From the NCBI GenBank assembly GCA_976226885.1, contig OZ320313.1, positions 142,848,001 through 142,912,000 on the forward strand: a stretch of 64,000 nucleotides of DNA, read 5' to 3'. The notes beneath the pieces are model-generated. The model searched no databases. It had not been told where the DNA came from and saw nothing but the letters and a program-made list of their open reading frames with translations. The position numbers were made by a program, and so were the translations under genes. Source of the stretch: Iphione sp. A-MEVVRFRX5. Lineage: Eukaryota. Each line of letters opens with the position of its first letter. Positions within the stretch are counted from its first letter, which is position 1. This document shows, in pieces, positions 1 through 12,275 of the stretch.

Positions 1-867
1 GCTTGCACTGTCTTATGCTCAGTGTTGTGGTCAGCACCAAGCCAGACTTCATCATCAGATGAATCAAGTTGATGTTCAGCTAAGTATGGGAGATTCTTCT
101 TCTTTGGGCAGAACTTAGCCCACTGATCTGCTTTCCACATTTTCTGCAGTCTTTACCATAAGCAGAACAGCTTTCCTTGTTGGCTTTATGCTTCTCTCCA
201 CATAATTTGCAGTTGTACTTTAGTGTTGGAGTTGGACTTGCAGTTGTGTTGCTCTTGTCTTTCTGTACCTTCTTTCCAGGCTTTGGTTTAACCTTGTCAA
301 TGCTCTTAGACTTTTCAAACTCCTTACCATGTAGTTCTGCCATTTCATCAGCACAACAAATAGCAACAGCCTTGTCCAGAGTAAGGTCAGTTTCATGTAG
401 AAACTGTTCTGCAGTCGCCCTTTGGTGACAAACACTAGCTTATCTCATATGAGATGATCAGTGAACTCACCATTGGCTAGAGTTTTCAGGTCAGTAAGAA
501 AATTGTCCAAAAGGGCAGAGTATGGAGTACACCAAAATTTATGCAAAACAACAACTTCATTATTCAAGGCCATGCAATATCTCTCAATATATTGTAGCAC
601 AATCTTCACATCATGTTTCTGTTGATAATTTTCTAACTGAAATTGGTTATATATCTTGATGACATCAGGTCCTGCACATGCTAACAGTATAGCAACTTTC
701 GTTTCCCCATCCAAGTCAGGGCTGTCATTCCCACTTGCCTTGAGATAGATTTCAAATTGGTGTTTCCATAATTTGAAATTTTCAACAATATTACCAGATG
801 TAATATTCAGAACACCAGGTGGGGAAAGAGACTTGTAGTTGCCATTGTCAAGTATCAGATATACCAA
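1..867 (-). mobile_element. Degenerate Ty3/Gypsy-type gag remnant
   Basis: Minus ORF 445-867 (LSPPGVLNITSGNIVENFKLWKHQFEIYL...KVAILLACAGPDVIKIYNQF) resembles the N-terminus of invertebrate Gypsy gag. ORF 80-343 carries a Cys/His knuckle-like segment (CKLCGEKH...CSAYGKDCRKCGK). The frames are broken. Confidence 0.75.
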
Positions 868-1449
868 AATACAGTTTACAGGAAGTCAAGTCAAAAAAAG
901 TAGGTCAAACAGCTCAAACCAGGTATTGCATCAGAATAGGTAGATTCCAATAGGATTTTAGCAATCGAAATGCCCCATTATCACTCACATAAAATGTCAA
1001 TAATTCAGTCTTTTGGGCTCTTTCAGAATGATCATCAACATCAGAAACAATGAATGTTGGCATATATATGCACAGGATATCAGTACATTGAAATATTTGC
1101 AGTGAAAACGGTCCCAGAACTTATCTGTGCAGTTAGGTCAAAAGTGCTGAGTCATGAGCAGAATGTCTTGAAGCTTCCAGTAATTCATCCAGAAGTGTGG
1201 TAAAATCCAAGTATGCCATAGTGTTCCGGAGTATCCTCTACACCACCACCATGTTTATAAGTTAGTAGCTGGATTCAGTAGAGATGATAATAATAGAGAT
1301 GATAATATGATAGGACATCTTTAATGGATGAACAAGTGCCTGCAGCACCTGTACTAGCTAGGTTGTTATATAGGCACACTGGACTTTGACCCGTGTGTCA
1401 ATCTGGGTCAGTACAGACATGCTTGTAAACATGTGGTGTTGTAATTCGT

Positions 1450-1660
1450 GGAAAAGTAGTGCCATGATTTTATTGTGGTATTTTCTTCAGTTTGGGCCTT
1501 GAGACACAAAGCATCAGCAATTATCTATGAAATTAAAAAGTATCAACACAAATATATGAGAGGATGCAAAATACACAGCTTGAAAAATGTCTCACACTCA
1601 TGAGAGTTCTCCCCATGGCAGTACTACTTTCAGGCAAAGTTTTATATAGGTAGTGTAAGT
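1450..1660 (-). repeat. Unclassified dispersed repeat, copy A (paralog at about 9434-9640)
   Basis: Shares blocks such as tctcacactcatgagagttctccccatggc and ctactttcaggcaaagttttatataggtagtgt with 9570-9637. Both copies translate on the minus strand to TYIKxCLKVxxPW. Confidence 0.65.
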
Positions 1661-2319
1661 GTAACTAGAAACAGGAAGTATCCACATAAAGGTATCACTC
1701 TACTAATTTATCAACAGAGGGGACCAAACCACCCTAATACCACACAATGGCAGACCCTAAGTCCAGTTTGGAGACCACAGAGAAGACCAAATGGCCTCCC
1801 AAATTTGGGGCCTCTCCCTTCAAATCTGGTGACACTGGTAGCATCAAATCATTGGCTTCCTCTTTGGATCAGACTGAGGCTCCCTTCAAAGGTGACAGCG
1901 GTCTCCTGCTCACTACTCTTTCTAGGTGGAGGCTCCCTTTAAAGATGGTGACAGTGGTCTCCCAGGTTGAGACTTCCTTCAAAGACTTCAAAGAGAGCGA
2001 GCAAGGGGGAGGTGAAGGACGAGAGAAGGGAGGTAATCATCAGCAGGGGGCAAGAGTGCAATGAATATATATACAGTCTCTATTTCCAACCACCACTCTT
2101 GTTCCGAGCTCAAATGGTCGGAATAGCAAGAATGGTCGAAAATCGATTTTGTAGTGGGTCTGGGCTGAAGATAATATCCCTTTCTCCCTCTCTCTCTATT
2201 AGCGTACAGTAGTAACTCACAATTAAGACTACCAATGGGACCAGACAAAACTGCCCGTCACTAAGAGTTGCCCTCCTAACTGAGATGTTATATCATAGAA
2301 AATATACTATTGGGACCAA

Positions 2320-3030
2320 CCAAACTTCCCCTTAATCCTTTCCCTCATACCAATACCTGAGACAATGAATAACCCTCCAAACGCTCTGTTAGGCCCGGTT
2401 TCCATGAGCATGGGTTTTTCCCATACTGTGTGTCAGGTCCGGAAAATGACCAGTTTTCCGGACTGCCACAAACACCCGGTTTCCATGCACCTAGGTTTCT
2501 CAGGAAATGTCAGTTTTTTTGTGCTGATCGGAAGGAATTCTGCCCAAATCTGTGTGAATGTCGAATTCTTTTTGCTGATCTGAAGGAATTCTGCCCAAGA
2601 AGTTTTTTTTATGCAAATGACATGCAAATTACAAAATGTCAAATCATGTAACATGTTATACAGTGTTACTCCTTCTTTAAAAGACCATTTCATTATGCTA
2701 CTCATCCGTGTGTGTGCGTGGTGTGGAAAATAATGAACATTGTCTGTTTTCCATCTCCGGACCATGGACCACCGACGCGTACATATGGAACACCCTCTGT
2801 TAAAATCAGTGGGATCATTTCTTGCCGGACTACACAGTCCGTGGTCCAGGGACAAAATCTGTACACAAGGAAACCGGGCCTTAGGGAGTAATGGTCGCCC
2901 TCACACCTCTCCTTACTACCTGAAACAACAAATAACCTTTCAAACGTTCTGATTAGGGAATAGTGGTCGCCCTAACACCTTTCCTAACACCTGAGACAAT
3001 AAATAACCCTCCAAACGTTCAGTTAGGGTT
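2320..3030. repeat. About 70-bp tandem repeat (3-4 units), interrupted by a MITE
   Basis: Units start ttaggg at 2881, 2953 and 3023 and share tggtcgccct...acctgaRacaaYaaataacc...caaacg. A partial unit at 2355-2391 lies upstream of the MITE. Confidence 0.75.
2392..2880. mobile_element. PIF/Harbinger (Tourist-like) MITE, 489 bp
   Basis: Perfect 12-bp TIRs ggcccggtttcc / ggaaaccgggcc, with TTA target duplication at 2389-2391 and 2881-2883. No coding capacity. Confidence 0.85.
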
Positions 3031-3700
3031 CAACCAATTGGTTGGAAATCAGTATTAGAATACAATAGAACTGGACTTAGACAGTGTGGTTTAACCCTGA
3101 AATTGGTCGGAAATTGGTTAGTCGGTAATCGATAGGGTATTATATTGGTTTTGTATGAAGAATTAGTCAGTTCCGAGGCAAAATGGTCGTATTAGCTGTT
3201 TTGGTCGGTAATCGATGTGGTAGGGAATTGACTCAACATAAATCAGATATTGATCTGAAATCATGCTACTGATGTGGGGTACAATTTGTCAGTGTTAACT
3301 ATACAATCAGTACAGAAATTTTTTCCATATCCAAATACATTTAAAGTGAACTATATGACATTTACTACCATATATTAACAGACCTAATCAGTGGAGGTTT
3401 TATCCGCGATAGTTCTGTTGTGGTAGTGGATGATGTGACCTCTTAATGCAAGCAGTTACACAATGTTAAAATGGGAGGGGCTTACTGTTTGATGACTGAG
3501 CTGGCATGTCAGCGTATAACATCACATTAGTCAGGCATCGGTTCTCTTTGTTCTCCTATGGGAAGTGTTACATTATTTTAGTCAGATGGCAGGTGTGAGG
3601 GATACAGCGGGACGGAAGGTGGGAGACTGGTGATTGACATATAAGTGACCAAACAGCCACCAGGCCGCTGAGGTTGGGTCTTTAGGCAGCGGTGAGACTC

Positions 3701-3870
3701 TTCATGCAGAAAACCAACTTAAAACTTCTAGCAAGGCCTTGGCCGCTCTCTAGGGGTTCTCACGCTCATTTTCATGCAGAACGCCAGCTTTAACACTTCT
3801 AGGGAGGCCTTGGCTGCTCTCTAATGGCTGTAGCTAATTTTCACGCAGAATACCAACTTTTACACTTCTA
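3701..3870. repeat. 70-bp tandem repeat, about 2.4 units
   Basis: Units ttcatgcagaa...acttctag...ggccttggc.gctctcta start at 3701, 3771 and about 3840. Confidence 0.75.
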
Positions 3871-4446
3871 TTCCGACTGGGGGGGGGGGCAGGTTGGAGT
3901 TGAGGCAGCCCTGTCAATCAGCCATAGCGGATTACTTAAAGCAGGCTTAGCTTTAGGCTCTCATTCCCTTTCAGTTGCTGATATCATACTCCTAAGACCG
4001 AAAAATAAATATAGGCACATGGAACACGATAGTTGTATAATATGCGGAAGGTTTGGGTAACATCTACGATAGTAGTGGCTTATGGTTGGTGGATATAGAG
4101 GGAGGAACACATGTGCATATATACGCACTTTTTGTGTATTATGTAATAGAGGGAAATTACATCAGCAGGCAACAGGCTAAGCACATGGTATTTGTAATAA
4201 TGTCCAAAACACAGGGGGTAAATTCTAACAATTAGGGAAAACTTATTGTGGGACACCGAAATCTGAAAATGGAAATTTGTATGGCCACCCAGATTCGGTA
4301 GAGGTAACTGAGGTGAGTTGAAATCTCTTCCTAATGGTTGCTGTTTCTGCGCATTTTTTTTTTAGAAAAAATATTTGGTGTGTTATTTGTCACTAACATT
4401 AGATTATACAAATTACGATTTGATTTTGAAATCTTCTTCTTTGTAG

Positions 4447-4511
4447 GGTTGAGAAGTATCGTCCAAGTTGTCTTGATGACTTGATATCACACAAGGATAT
4501 CATAACCACGA
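4447..4511 (+). CDS. RFC5: Replication factor C subunit 5, first coding exon seen (probably exon 2)
   Basis: ag|g GTT GAG AAG...; translates (W)VEKYRPSCLDDLISHKDIITT; ends at a GT donor. Confidence 0.95.
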
Positions 4512-5838
4512 GTAGGTATTCAGTATGATTATATACACATCAGTATAATCAGTGGAGGTCAAACCTGCTTTAGTGTTAAGTGCGAGTGAGCAGGAGTCTG
4601 ACCTCCACGCCTGGCAGGTTTAGCTGGGTGAGCCAAATGCTGCCCAGAACTCTGATATTTTAGCCTGTCTAAGGACATGCTATGAGGGCATCCCGATTGA
4701 CTGGGGGGGGGATGGCCAGGGCGGCTTGGGGACAGCCGAAATGGGCTGGGAATGGCTTGGGCAGGTGGTTGGATACCTTCACTAATGGGGGATTGCCAGG
4801 GGACAGCCAGGATGGGCAGCCAGATACCATCACTGGAAGGAGACGGCTGGTGTGTGTGAGTGTGAATGTAAAGGTGACATGATAGTGTTGTAATTTACAT
4901 ATCATAGCATAAGAAACACACAATTTCCACAATTATGGAACAGTTTTAACAAATTTCTAGTGAAAAGGGCACGATGTCCACAGTTATGACTATCGTGACC
5001 TTCACGTAACAGACGCAGCTGCACACTATACCTCGTTCATGCATTAGCAGCATTGGAGATTTGTGAATACATGTAGTTTATTTCTGAAGGATAATACATA
5101 CTTATTACAAGTAATTGGCTTCAGATCATTATACAATATGAAAATGATGTCACAGGAAAGCAATAACTTAAGGAGGAACTTAAACTTATACATGTATATA
5201 GGTGTATCTCACATCATAATATAAAAATATATATAGAAAACTGTCATAATATAAGGTAAAGAAGGTGCCACAAAATACAATTTCCTTTTCCTTCAACATA
5301 ATGCTCATTTCCAGTTATATTGATAAAGTATATTAGTACATTCCGTTCTAACTAATATAAGAGATATGGAGGTAGATAGTAGCAGATGGTAAATGCTTGG
5401 CCAGCATTTACCAATATCGGCACACATACTGTGTCTCTGGCCAGCATTAACCAATACTAGCAGAGAACAGTAAGGTTACCCAGCTACAAGTTGAACATTA
5501 CCCCATATTCACTATTTCGTTCTTTTGTTCAATCTTTTTGTTGGAAGCAAGACATTAACCAATAGCATACATCAGTATTGAATATCTGACCTTCATGTTA
5601 TTCTAAAGTTCTCTTTTCTATATTTGTTGTAATATGCACAAACATTTTTTTTCAGGAGAGATTCTCAAGTTGTATCAACAGTTACGCATTGTAACATGTT
5701 CCAGATACTAATACTTGTATACAGTGGCGATTTTCTAAATCTCTCAGTTTTAACTAACGAGCACTTAACCATATGTTTCTTAGATTTCCACAGGAAACTG
5801 TAATAAGGCATTTATTTGATGAAATGTTGTGTTTCAAG

Positions 5839-5975
5839 TCAACCGGTTTGTGAAAGAGGACCGGTTGCCACATCTCCTTTTCTATGGGCCACCGGGTACT
5901 GGTAAGACGAGCACAATCCTAGCTGTAGCCAAGACAATCTTCAGTCCCAAAGAGTTTAACTCTATGGTACTAGAG
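5839..5975 (+). CDS. RFC5: RFC5 exon with Walker A motif
   Basis: NRFVKEDRLPHLLFYGPPGTGKTSTILAVAKTIFSPKEFNSMVLE; AG/GT boundaries; phase matches the previous exon. Confidence 0.97.
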
Positions 5976-6326
5976 GTAGGTTCACTTTATGATAATGCTG
6001 TGCAAGGATATCTAGGTCCTCTCTATTAACTAACAGACTAGATTGTAAGATATATTAATCGGTTGTAATTGGAATTCAGATTTGACAGTAAGACCTGAAC
6101 TATAGATGTTTACCACGATTCTGCTTTCAAAGGTTCTAAGTACGTTTTGTAGGGTAATGTGTATGAGATCCAGTATACCACCAAAATTAACCTTTGATAT
6201 GAATGTATTTATAACACATCACTAGAGTTATTAGGTTTTTAGTATGTGTGCCTAAAATTTGGAATTAGAAGGTATGCTTTCTCCCTCTACAGATCACTAC
6301 TAATGTTTGTTTTTTGGCCGTCACAG

Positions 6327-6406
6327 CTTAATGCTTCAGATGATCGGGGTATTGGTATTGTACGTGGTCAAATTCTCAGTTTTGCCAGCACGAGGACAAT
6401 ATTTAA
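6327..6406 (+). CDS. RFC5: RFC5 exon
   Basis: LNASDDRGIGIVRGQILSFASTRTIF(K); cag| acceptor and |gtaagt donor. Confidence 0.97.
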
Positions 6407-7246
6407 GTAAGTTTCCTTGTAATGTGGGTGCTGACATACTGGAAAAAAAATCCCACTCAAATCGCATTGCGCAACGAAGCAACAGATTCATACGAGGACA
6501 TCACACATCTTTATCTGTGGTGCACATGTAGATGCTTCTGGAAGTGCTTGTATGCTACTTACTTGATGGATTTGTGTGTATGTTCTCTGGGTTTTTTTCT
6601 GCGCAGCCAATTTATTCCAATTTTAACCAGATTGCACTTGAAATGACTTCACTCACGATAAAATTAAATCAAGGTTATGTGACGAGGAGCGGGAGGGAAT
6701 AGAGAAATTGCTGTTTGATAGCCAAATCATGTCACATTCATAATCGAAATAAAGACACTCTTTGGAAGGACACGTTACACTTTTCAAATATTCTATGCAT
6801 ATTTTATGTTGATCGATTCTTCATGCCTGGTACTGGGGCTTACACACATAGCACATTTCCTTCTAGCTATTACCTCTTCTTAGTGGACACAGAAATTCGT
6901 TTTAGATTATCAAATGAAGAGCCACATTTAGCGGGAAAATATCAATACATGCTCTAGTATAAAACTTAAGGGTGTGGCACGCAATTAGCATGAAAGTAGG
7001 ACACAGTGTTTAGCAGACAGTTCTCTATCCATTCTTAACAGTGTAAAGTTTTCTATCGGTACACTTCATTTCATTTGCATTTCTAACATCCACTGTTAGA
7101 TTATAAACGTGTCGGCGCCCTTTTACATACAATAGCATAAAGATTAAGGTTTTTTTTAAGGTTGGTAGTGATTATACAGTTGAATTTTTATTGCATGTGG
7201 AGGCAATTGCAGTGTCTCATTTTTGCTACCTCTATAATCTTTTCAG

Positions 7247-7320
7247 ATCGGGATTTAAACTTGTCATTCTTGATGAAGCTGACGCCATGACACGGGACGC
7301 CCAAAATGCTCTTCGTCGAG
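7247..7320 (+). CDS. RFC5: RFC5 exon with Walker B motif
   Basis: SGFKLVILDEADAMTRDAQNALRR; ttttcag| acceptor and |gtaaga donor. Confidence 0.97.
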
Positions 7321-7670
7321 GTAAGAAATCTGTCAGATGCTTTTCATTGCAAGGATACCTAAAGTAATTTTATGTCTTAATCCTCCCCATTCTTCTGTAT
7401 GTGCATTTTAATGAATAACTTGATTATTGTACACAATGATAAAAGTTATCACATGTGGCATCACAGATGTCCAGTTCATTTGCATTCACCATATTAAACA
7501 CCATATTAGAGATAAGGAGAGCTTTAAAACAATGTTTTACATCCTTGTACTGTTATAAATTGTGAGTAGAGACGATAAACTGTTCTTGAAAAGATTTAGG
7601 TCTGGCACTTGAACTAAAAGACTGTACTTCTCATCATCATGAATATCATCTTTTTTCCCACTTTGTACAG

Positions 7671-7830
7671 TTATTGAAAAATTCACGGAGAACACACGTT
7701 TTTGTATCATCTGTAACTACTTGTCCAAGATCATCCCAGCTCTGCAATCACGCTGCACACGCTTTCGATTTGGACCTCTCTCCACTGAACAGATGGTGCC
7801 ACGTTTAATGCACATTGTTGAAGAAGAAAA
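7671..7830 (+). CDS. RFC5: RFC5 exon with SRC arginine-finger motif
   Basis: IEKFTENTRFCIICNYLSKIIPALQSRCTRFRFGPLSTEQMVPRLMHIVEEE; canonical splice sites. Confidence 0.97.
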
Positions 7831-7884
7831 GTACGTATATTCTTTGCTTATACTAGATAAAATGTATACAATGATTAGTACAGT

Positions 7885-8200
7885 CAGGGTCCCCACTGCA
7901 CAGGGAAAACAGGGAAAATGGCAAAAAAAATTCCCTGTCACTCTCAGGGAAAACACAGGGAATTTGAAAATTTGGGCCAAACACAGGGAAAACACAGGGT
8001 AAAAAAGTCTGAAAATCAGTAAAACAAAATCATAGATCTTTTTTCCTTTAAGATAAGGTCAACATCATTAGTTAGAAAATTATCCATACGTAATTCAAAG
8101 CCCTGTCTTATAAAGTTGTACAGAAACCAACACAGGGAAAACTGCCATGGCCCAGGGAAAACACAGGGAATTTGAAAATGAAATTTGAGTGGGGACCCTG
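7885..8200. mobile_element. hAT-like MITE with cagggaaaa subterminal repeats
   Basis: 13-bp TIRs cagggtccccact / agtggggaccctg and many internal (a)cagggaaaa motifs. No clean TSD. Confidence 0.75.
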
Positions 8201-8282
8201 GTAAGTGCAAGAATATGCTCTGGAGAAATTAATGGTTGTGAGTCACTGTACATGCATTCATATTCCTGCTGTTTTCTCGCAG

Positions 8283-8364
8283 TGTCAATGTGACTGAAGA
8301 TGGAAAGAGGGCACTTGTAACCCTGGCCAATGGTGACATGAGGAAGACTCTGAATATTTTACAG
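8283..8364 (+). CDS. RFC5: RFC5 exon
   Basis: VNVTEDGKRALVTLANGDMRKTLNILQ; canonical splice sites. Confidence 0.96.
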
Positions 8365-8904
8365 GTATGACATCCTTTTCAATCATGCATTATTCAGAGT
8401 TTCTTAAATGTTACTTTAGTCCGTAATCTAAAAATAACAGAGACTGTTCTTTTTACTCTGGATAAGCGATATTAAAAGATGAAATATTGCCAGCAACAGT
8501 CATACCGATTTTGTCTTTTACTGTAGGTTTCAAAAATGATGGGTGAATGTCAACATCCCCGTGGTTTTGAAAATATAAGTCCGTTTAAAGGAGTACAACC
8601 TGCCTACATGGCAGCCTGCTTTGCTGTCCGGCCCTCCCTATTTGTCTCTCACCCTCTTCCCTCCATCTTCATCAAATCAATTGAGTCAGTTGCTGCAGTT
8701 CAGACAATGCAAAAGGATGTACCATCAGCCCGCACTTACTGAACATCTGTTTCAGTCAATTCTGTTCAGATATGAAGTTTCTTCGGAAATGAAAGACAGA
8801 TATCAGTGAGAAACAGGCTCCGTAGAAATTGCATTTAGATATAGTGAATGTTTGGTAAGCACCAGCTGACAGTCCTTTGATAAATGAGTCTTGTTCTTTT
8901 GTAG

Positions 8905-9034
8905 AGCTGTTCAATGGCATACGACGTGGTGAATGAAGACAATGTCTACACATGTGTAGGCCATCCCCTGCGAAAGGACATCGAGAATATTGTCAACTGG
9001 ATGCTTAATGACCACTTTACTACAGCATACAACA
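8905..9034 (+). CDS. RFC5: RFC5 exon
   Basis: SCSMAYDVVNEDNVYTCVGHPLRKDIENIVNWMLNDHFTTAYN; followed by the donor gtatcctt. Confidence 0.96.
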
Positions 9035-9433
9035 GTATCCTTCCATCATGTATTGTTCAGTGAAATTTTCAATAACACATCTCATAGGAAATGTCTTTTT
9101 GTAGTGTACATGTATACAGTACTGTTTGGCAACCTTTTTTCTCTCCATGTGCTTACCATTAGCCATCATAAGGATGCATTCTAGACACCTCTAGGTAATT
9201 TTGGTAAGGTATTTTTTTATTACAAGCGCCTTCGGCCCCTGCATGCACACACACAGACACTCTCTCTGGTATACTGCATCTCGTACTTTTGACCCCATCA
9301 AGGCCTTTTACAACCATTGGTTCTCCTTGACCACACATACACAGGGGTTAGCACACACACTCATTCACTTTCTCCCTCTCTCCATCTGTTTACATTCAGT
9401 GGTTAAGGTCATTAGTGTATTAGTACACCCAGC

Positions 9434-9640
9434 GGATAAAGTAGTACCAGAGTTTTTTATGCTTCCTTTAATATTCTGTTTTGTCCCTTAAAACATGTGG
9501 CAGTTTCCATTATTCTCAAAAAGATTCACATAACACCTAGGACAAATTAAAACATGAGCTTAAGAACATGTCTCATACACATGAGATCTTCTCCCATGGC
9601 CTGGCTACTTTCAGGCAACGTTTTATATAGGTAGTGTTAA
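9434..9640 (-). repeat. Unclassified dispersed repeat, copy B
   Basis: Homologous to 1450-1660; degenerate minus-strand coding-like sequence probably extends to about 11000. Confidence 0.6.
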
Positions 9641-11162
9641 TATGCCTACGATCATAGAGGTCTTGCACAAGGAGTAAAAAGTAAGTGGTTATAAGATGCA
9701 AGACATCCATATAGGCAACAACTGCAGTTTTACCAAATTTGTTAAACGATGGTTCTAAAGACTCTAGCACCAGAAGCAGACACAAGATGTTGTTCTTAGA
9801 ATAATCCAGGTGGTGCCACAGTTGACTGCTGCATGCATAGGCACTTACCCTTCATTCTCAGAATTGTCTTACTAGAGGATAATGTTTCAGGTTTTGGGGA
9901 GCAGGTTTATTGCAGTTCTGACTATGAATTTGATGTGAGGGGTACCAGAGACGATGAAGTCACCAGTATGTCTACCAGGTGGCATAAATTGGGTAAATCA
10001 TCAAAATCCAAAATGTCATTGAGCAACTTGCCACTTCTCTTGGCGGGCCCTGTATTTGAGTTGTCCAGAAAGTGAAAAATAGCTAATTTGCTAGAGACAG
10101 GTGTACCTGTTGACCCCATGGGGGTGCAGGCATCAACCACATCTAAAAATTCAAAGGGCTCCATTGTCTTGGGTGTGCCTGGACAATTGTTACCACAGAG
10201 CTCAATTACCTCGGTGCTTGATAGTGCCTCCTTGAGTGGATTAGCATGCCCAGGTATAGCATCATTCTCATTTGTCTCAGGGAAACCAAGCCAATTGAGC
10301 TCAATTTCCCCAGTTGTGTCAATGAGTAACTGAGATCGTTAACATCTAAGGTGACTGAATCAAACTTGAACCGGTCATCAACAGGCCAATTAAGATCGAT
10401 AACTGCTGTGTTGTCCGAGGTGATGATTCAATTGAATTTGAACAGCTAGAAATAAAAAACGGCCAGTCATCCTCAGCTTCAAATAACCCTTCAGCCAACC
10501 CGAGGCAGGGGGGGGGGGGGGGGCTTCAAGAGAAGGGCAAGAACGAGGCCCTTCAAAAGCAGGAGATCCCAGTGCTAACCAAGAGTGACTCCTCAAGGAC
10601 AGTTCTACTATCAGCCTTTCCTTCAGCATCAGTATCAACAGTATCAGGAGATCCCTGCTCAGCAGAAGCCACCTTAGAAGAGTGTTCAACCACAAGCTCA
10701 GTCCACTTTGGTGAGAACTGCGCTTTTTGGCAGGGAATCTTGTTCACCATGGAAGACAATAGGTTGAGTTGACATGGAGGGTTTACATTTCTGGTTATTG
10801 TTTCGACCTCAGTAATTTGCCCTGCCAAGAAACTAGATCTAGGCCCATAAATTTTTCTGAAGAGGAATCTCTTTTGTCCAGGAGGAGTTGTCTAATTTGC
10901 TTAAAGTTAGTCCTATTTCTCTTTTGGACCCAGTTTCTCCTGATGCTTGTTTCTCTAATGTTTTTTTGAGGCCTAAGCCCAGTGAGTCTGTCAGAATGAT
11001 ATCAGATTTTCAAAATTTAATAAAATCATTCAGTATAAGTATTTTAAAATGGAAACCATAGAAACTGGTCTGCCTCTGATTTTTGAGGGGTGTTTCATGG
11101 TATTGGATTTAAAGAATACCACACCATGCCCATTTGGTCTTTACATAGGAAGTTTTGGGGTA

Positions 11163-12169
11163 TTTTTGTTCCCTGCCTCATAGACATTCGGGACATTAGG
11201 AATGCTGCTGGCTGGTTTCCTGACTGCCCATCACACTCTCGTTTGTCTCAAACCCTTCACTCAAAAGAACTGATTTTTGTCCCCCGCCTCATAGAGGGGG
11301 GGACATTAGGAATGCTGCCAGCTGGTGTCCCGACCATCCGTCACACTCTTGTGGGTCTTATAAGTCTTAAACCCTTCACTCAAAAAAACTGATTTTAATA
11401 TATGATATTGGTATATATGGCCCCATGGCACTGGGTAATTTTGGTTGTAATTCAAATATTTTGAAAGTGAAATTATGGCAATTTTAGTCTTTTCCTAACA
11501 CACCTACAAACATACATAACTGGTTCAGGGGTTCCTAGGTCTGACAATGCACATACATACACACTCAGTGCTCAGTCATGCAGAACCGAGGGTTTGTAGC
11601 AGTCTGGTGCTCAGTGAGGCAGAACCGAGGGGGCTGTGCCCGGTCAGGCAGAACCGAGAGTTGTAAACCTGAAAGACTTAAACAAGTCTAGCCAACTACT
11701 CCCAAAACAAGCTGCCAATCAAGGTGGTTGTAAGGAGAGAGACACCACACACATACACACGCACGCACGCACACATGCGCGCGCACACACACACACAGTT
11801 GATGTTGATGGCGGGGGACAATAGACCTCACAGGTCCACACTCTTGTAATACATGTATACGATATTGGTATGTATGGCCCCATGGCACAGGGTCATTTTG
11901 GTAGTAATTCAAGTATTTTGAAGGTGAAATGCCAATTTTACACTTTTGCTAACACACCTACAAACATACATACCTGGTTTAGGGGTTCCTAAGTCTCTCA
12001 ATTCACATACATGTACACATACACACTCATCATTATATCCCTTCTACCAGTATCAGCTTGTAGCAGTCTGGTGCTCAGTGAGGCAGAACCGAGGGTGCTG
12101 TGCTCAGTCATGCAAAACCAAGGGCACTTGATGGTGGGGGCAATAGCCCTTACAGGTCCACACTCTTGT
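11163..12169 (+). mobile_element. Helentron-associated non-autonomous elements (HINE/DINE-1-like), tandemly duplicated
   Basis: T-run then subTIR tgtcccccgcc (11278-11288), its reverse complement ggcgggggaca (11810-11820), hairpin gacc-tcaca-ggtc and ctcttgt end, internal (CA)n. The 5' part (11163/11274) and 3' part (11398-11847 / 11848-12169) are duplicated. Confidence 0.7.
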
Positions 12170-12275
12170 TCTTGGTAGGGTTATGCTTATCAGTATAATG
12201 TTACTCTCTTGATTGTTATCAGTTATCAAAATTATGGCTCCTCCTTTGGCTCAGCTTAAAGAGGCTAGGGTAGTG

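Noticed and set aside
1747-2064. 105-aa ORF MADPKSS...
   Set aside because: It is built from imperfect ctcccttcaaa..ggtgaca repeats within decayed repeat DNA, with no homology signal.
2881-3030. Interstitial telomeric sequence
   Set aside because: Only isolated TTAGGG hexamers 70 bp apart, not a tandem array.
3701-3870. CRISPR-like array (also other short tandem repeats in the window)
   Set aside because: The units are contiguous tandem copies without unique spacers, there are no cas genes, and the context is eukaryotic.
1-4446. RFC5 first coding exon (expected to end ...CCN TG|GT for P-W)
   Set aside because: No matching exon with a plausible donor was found by eye; it probably lies upstream of the window.
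4552-4608. 57-nt hairpin as a pre-miRNA
   Set aside because: The stem is short with a large loop, and the same taatcagtggaggt start recurs at about 3385, so a MITE remnant is more likely.
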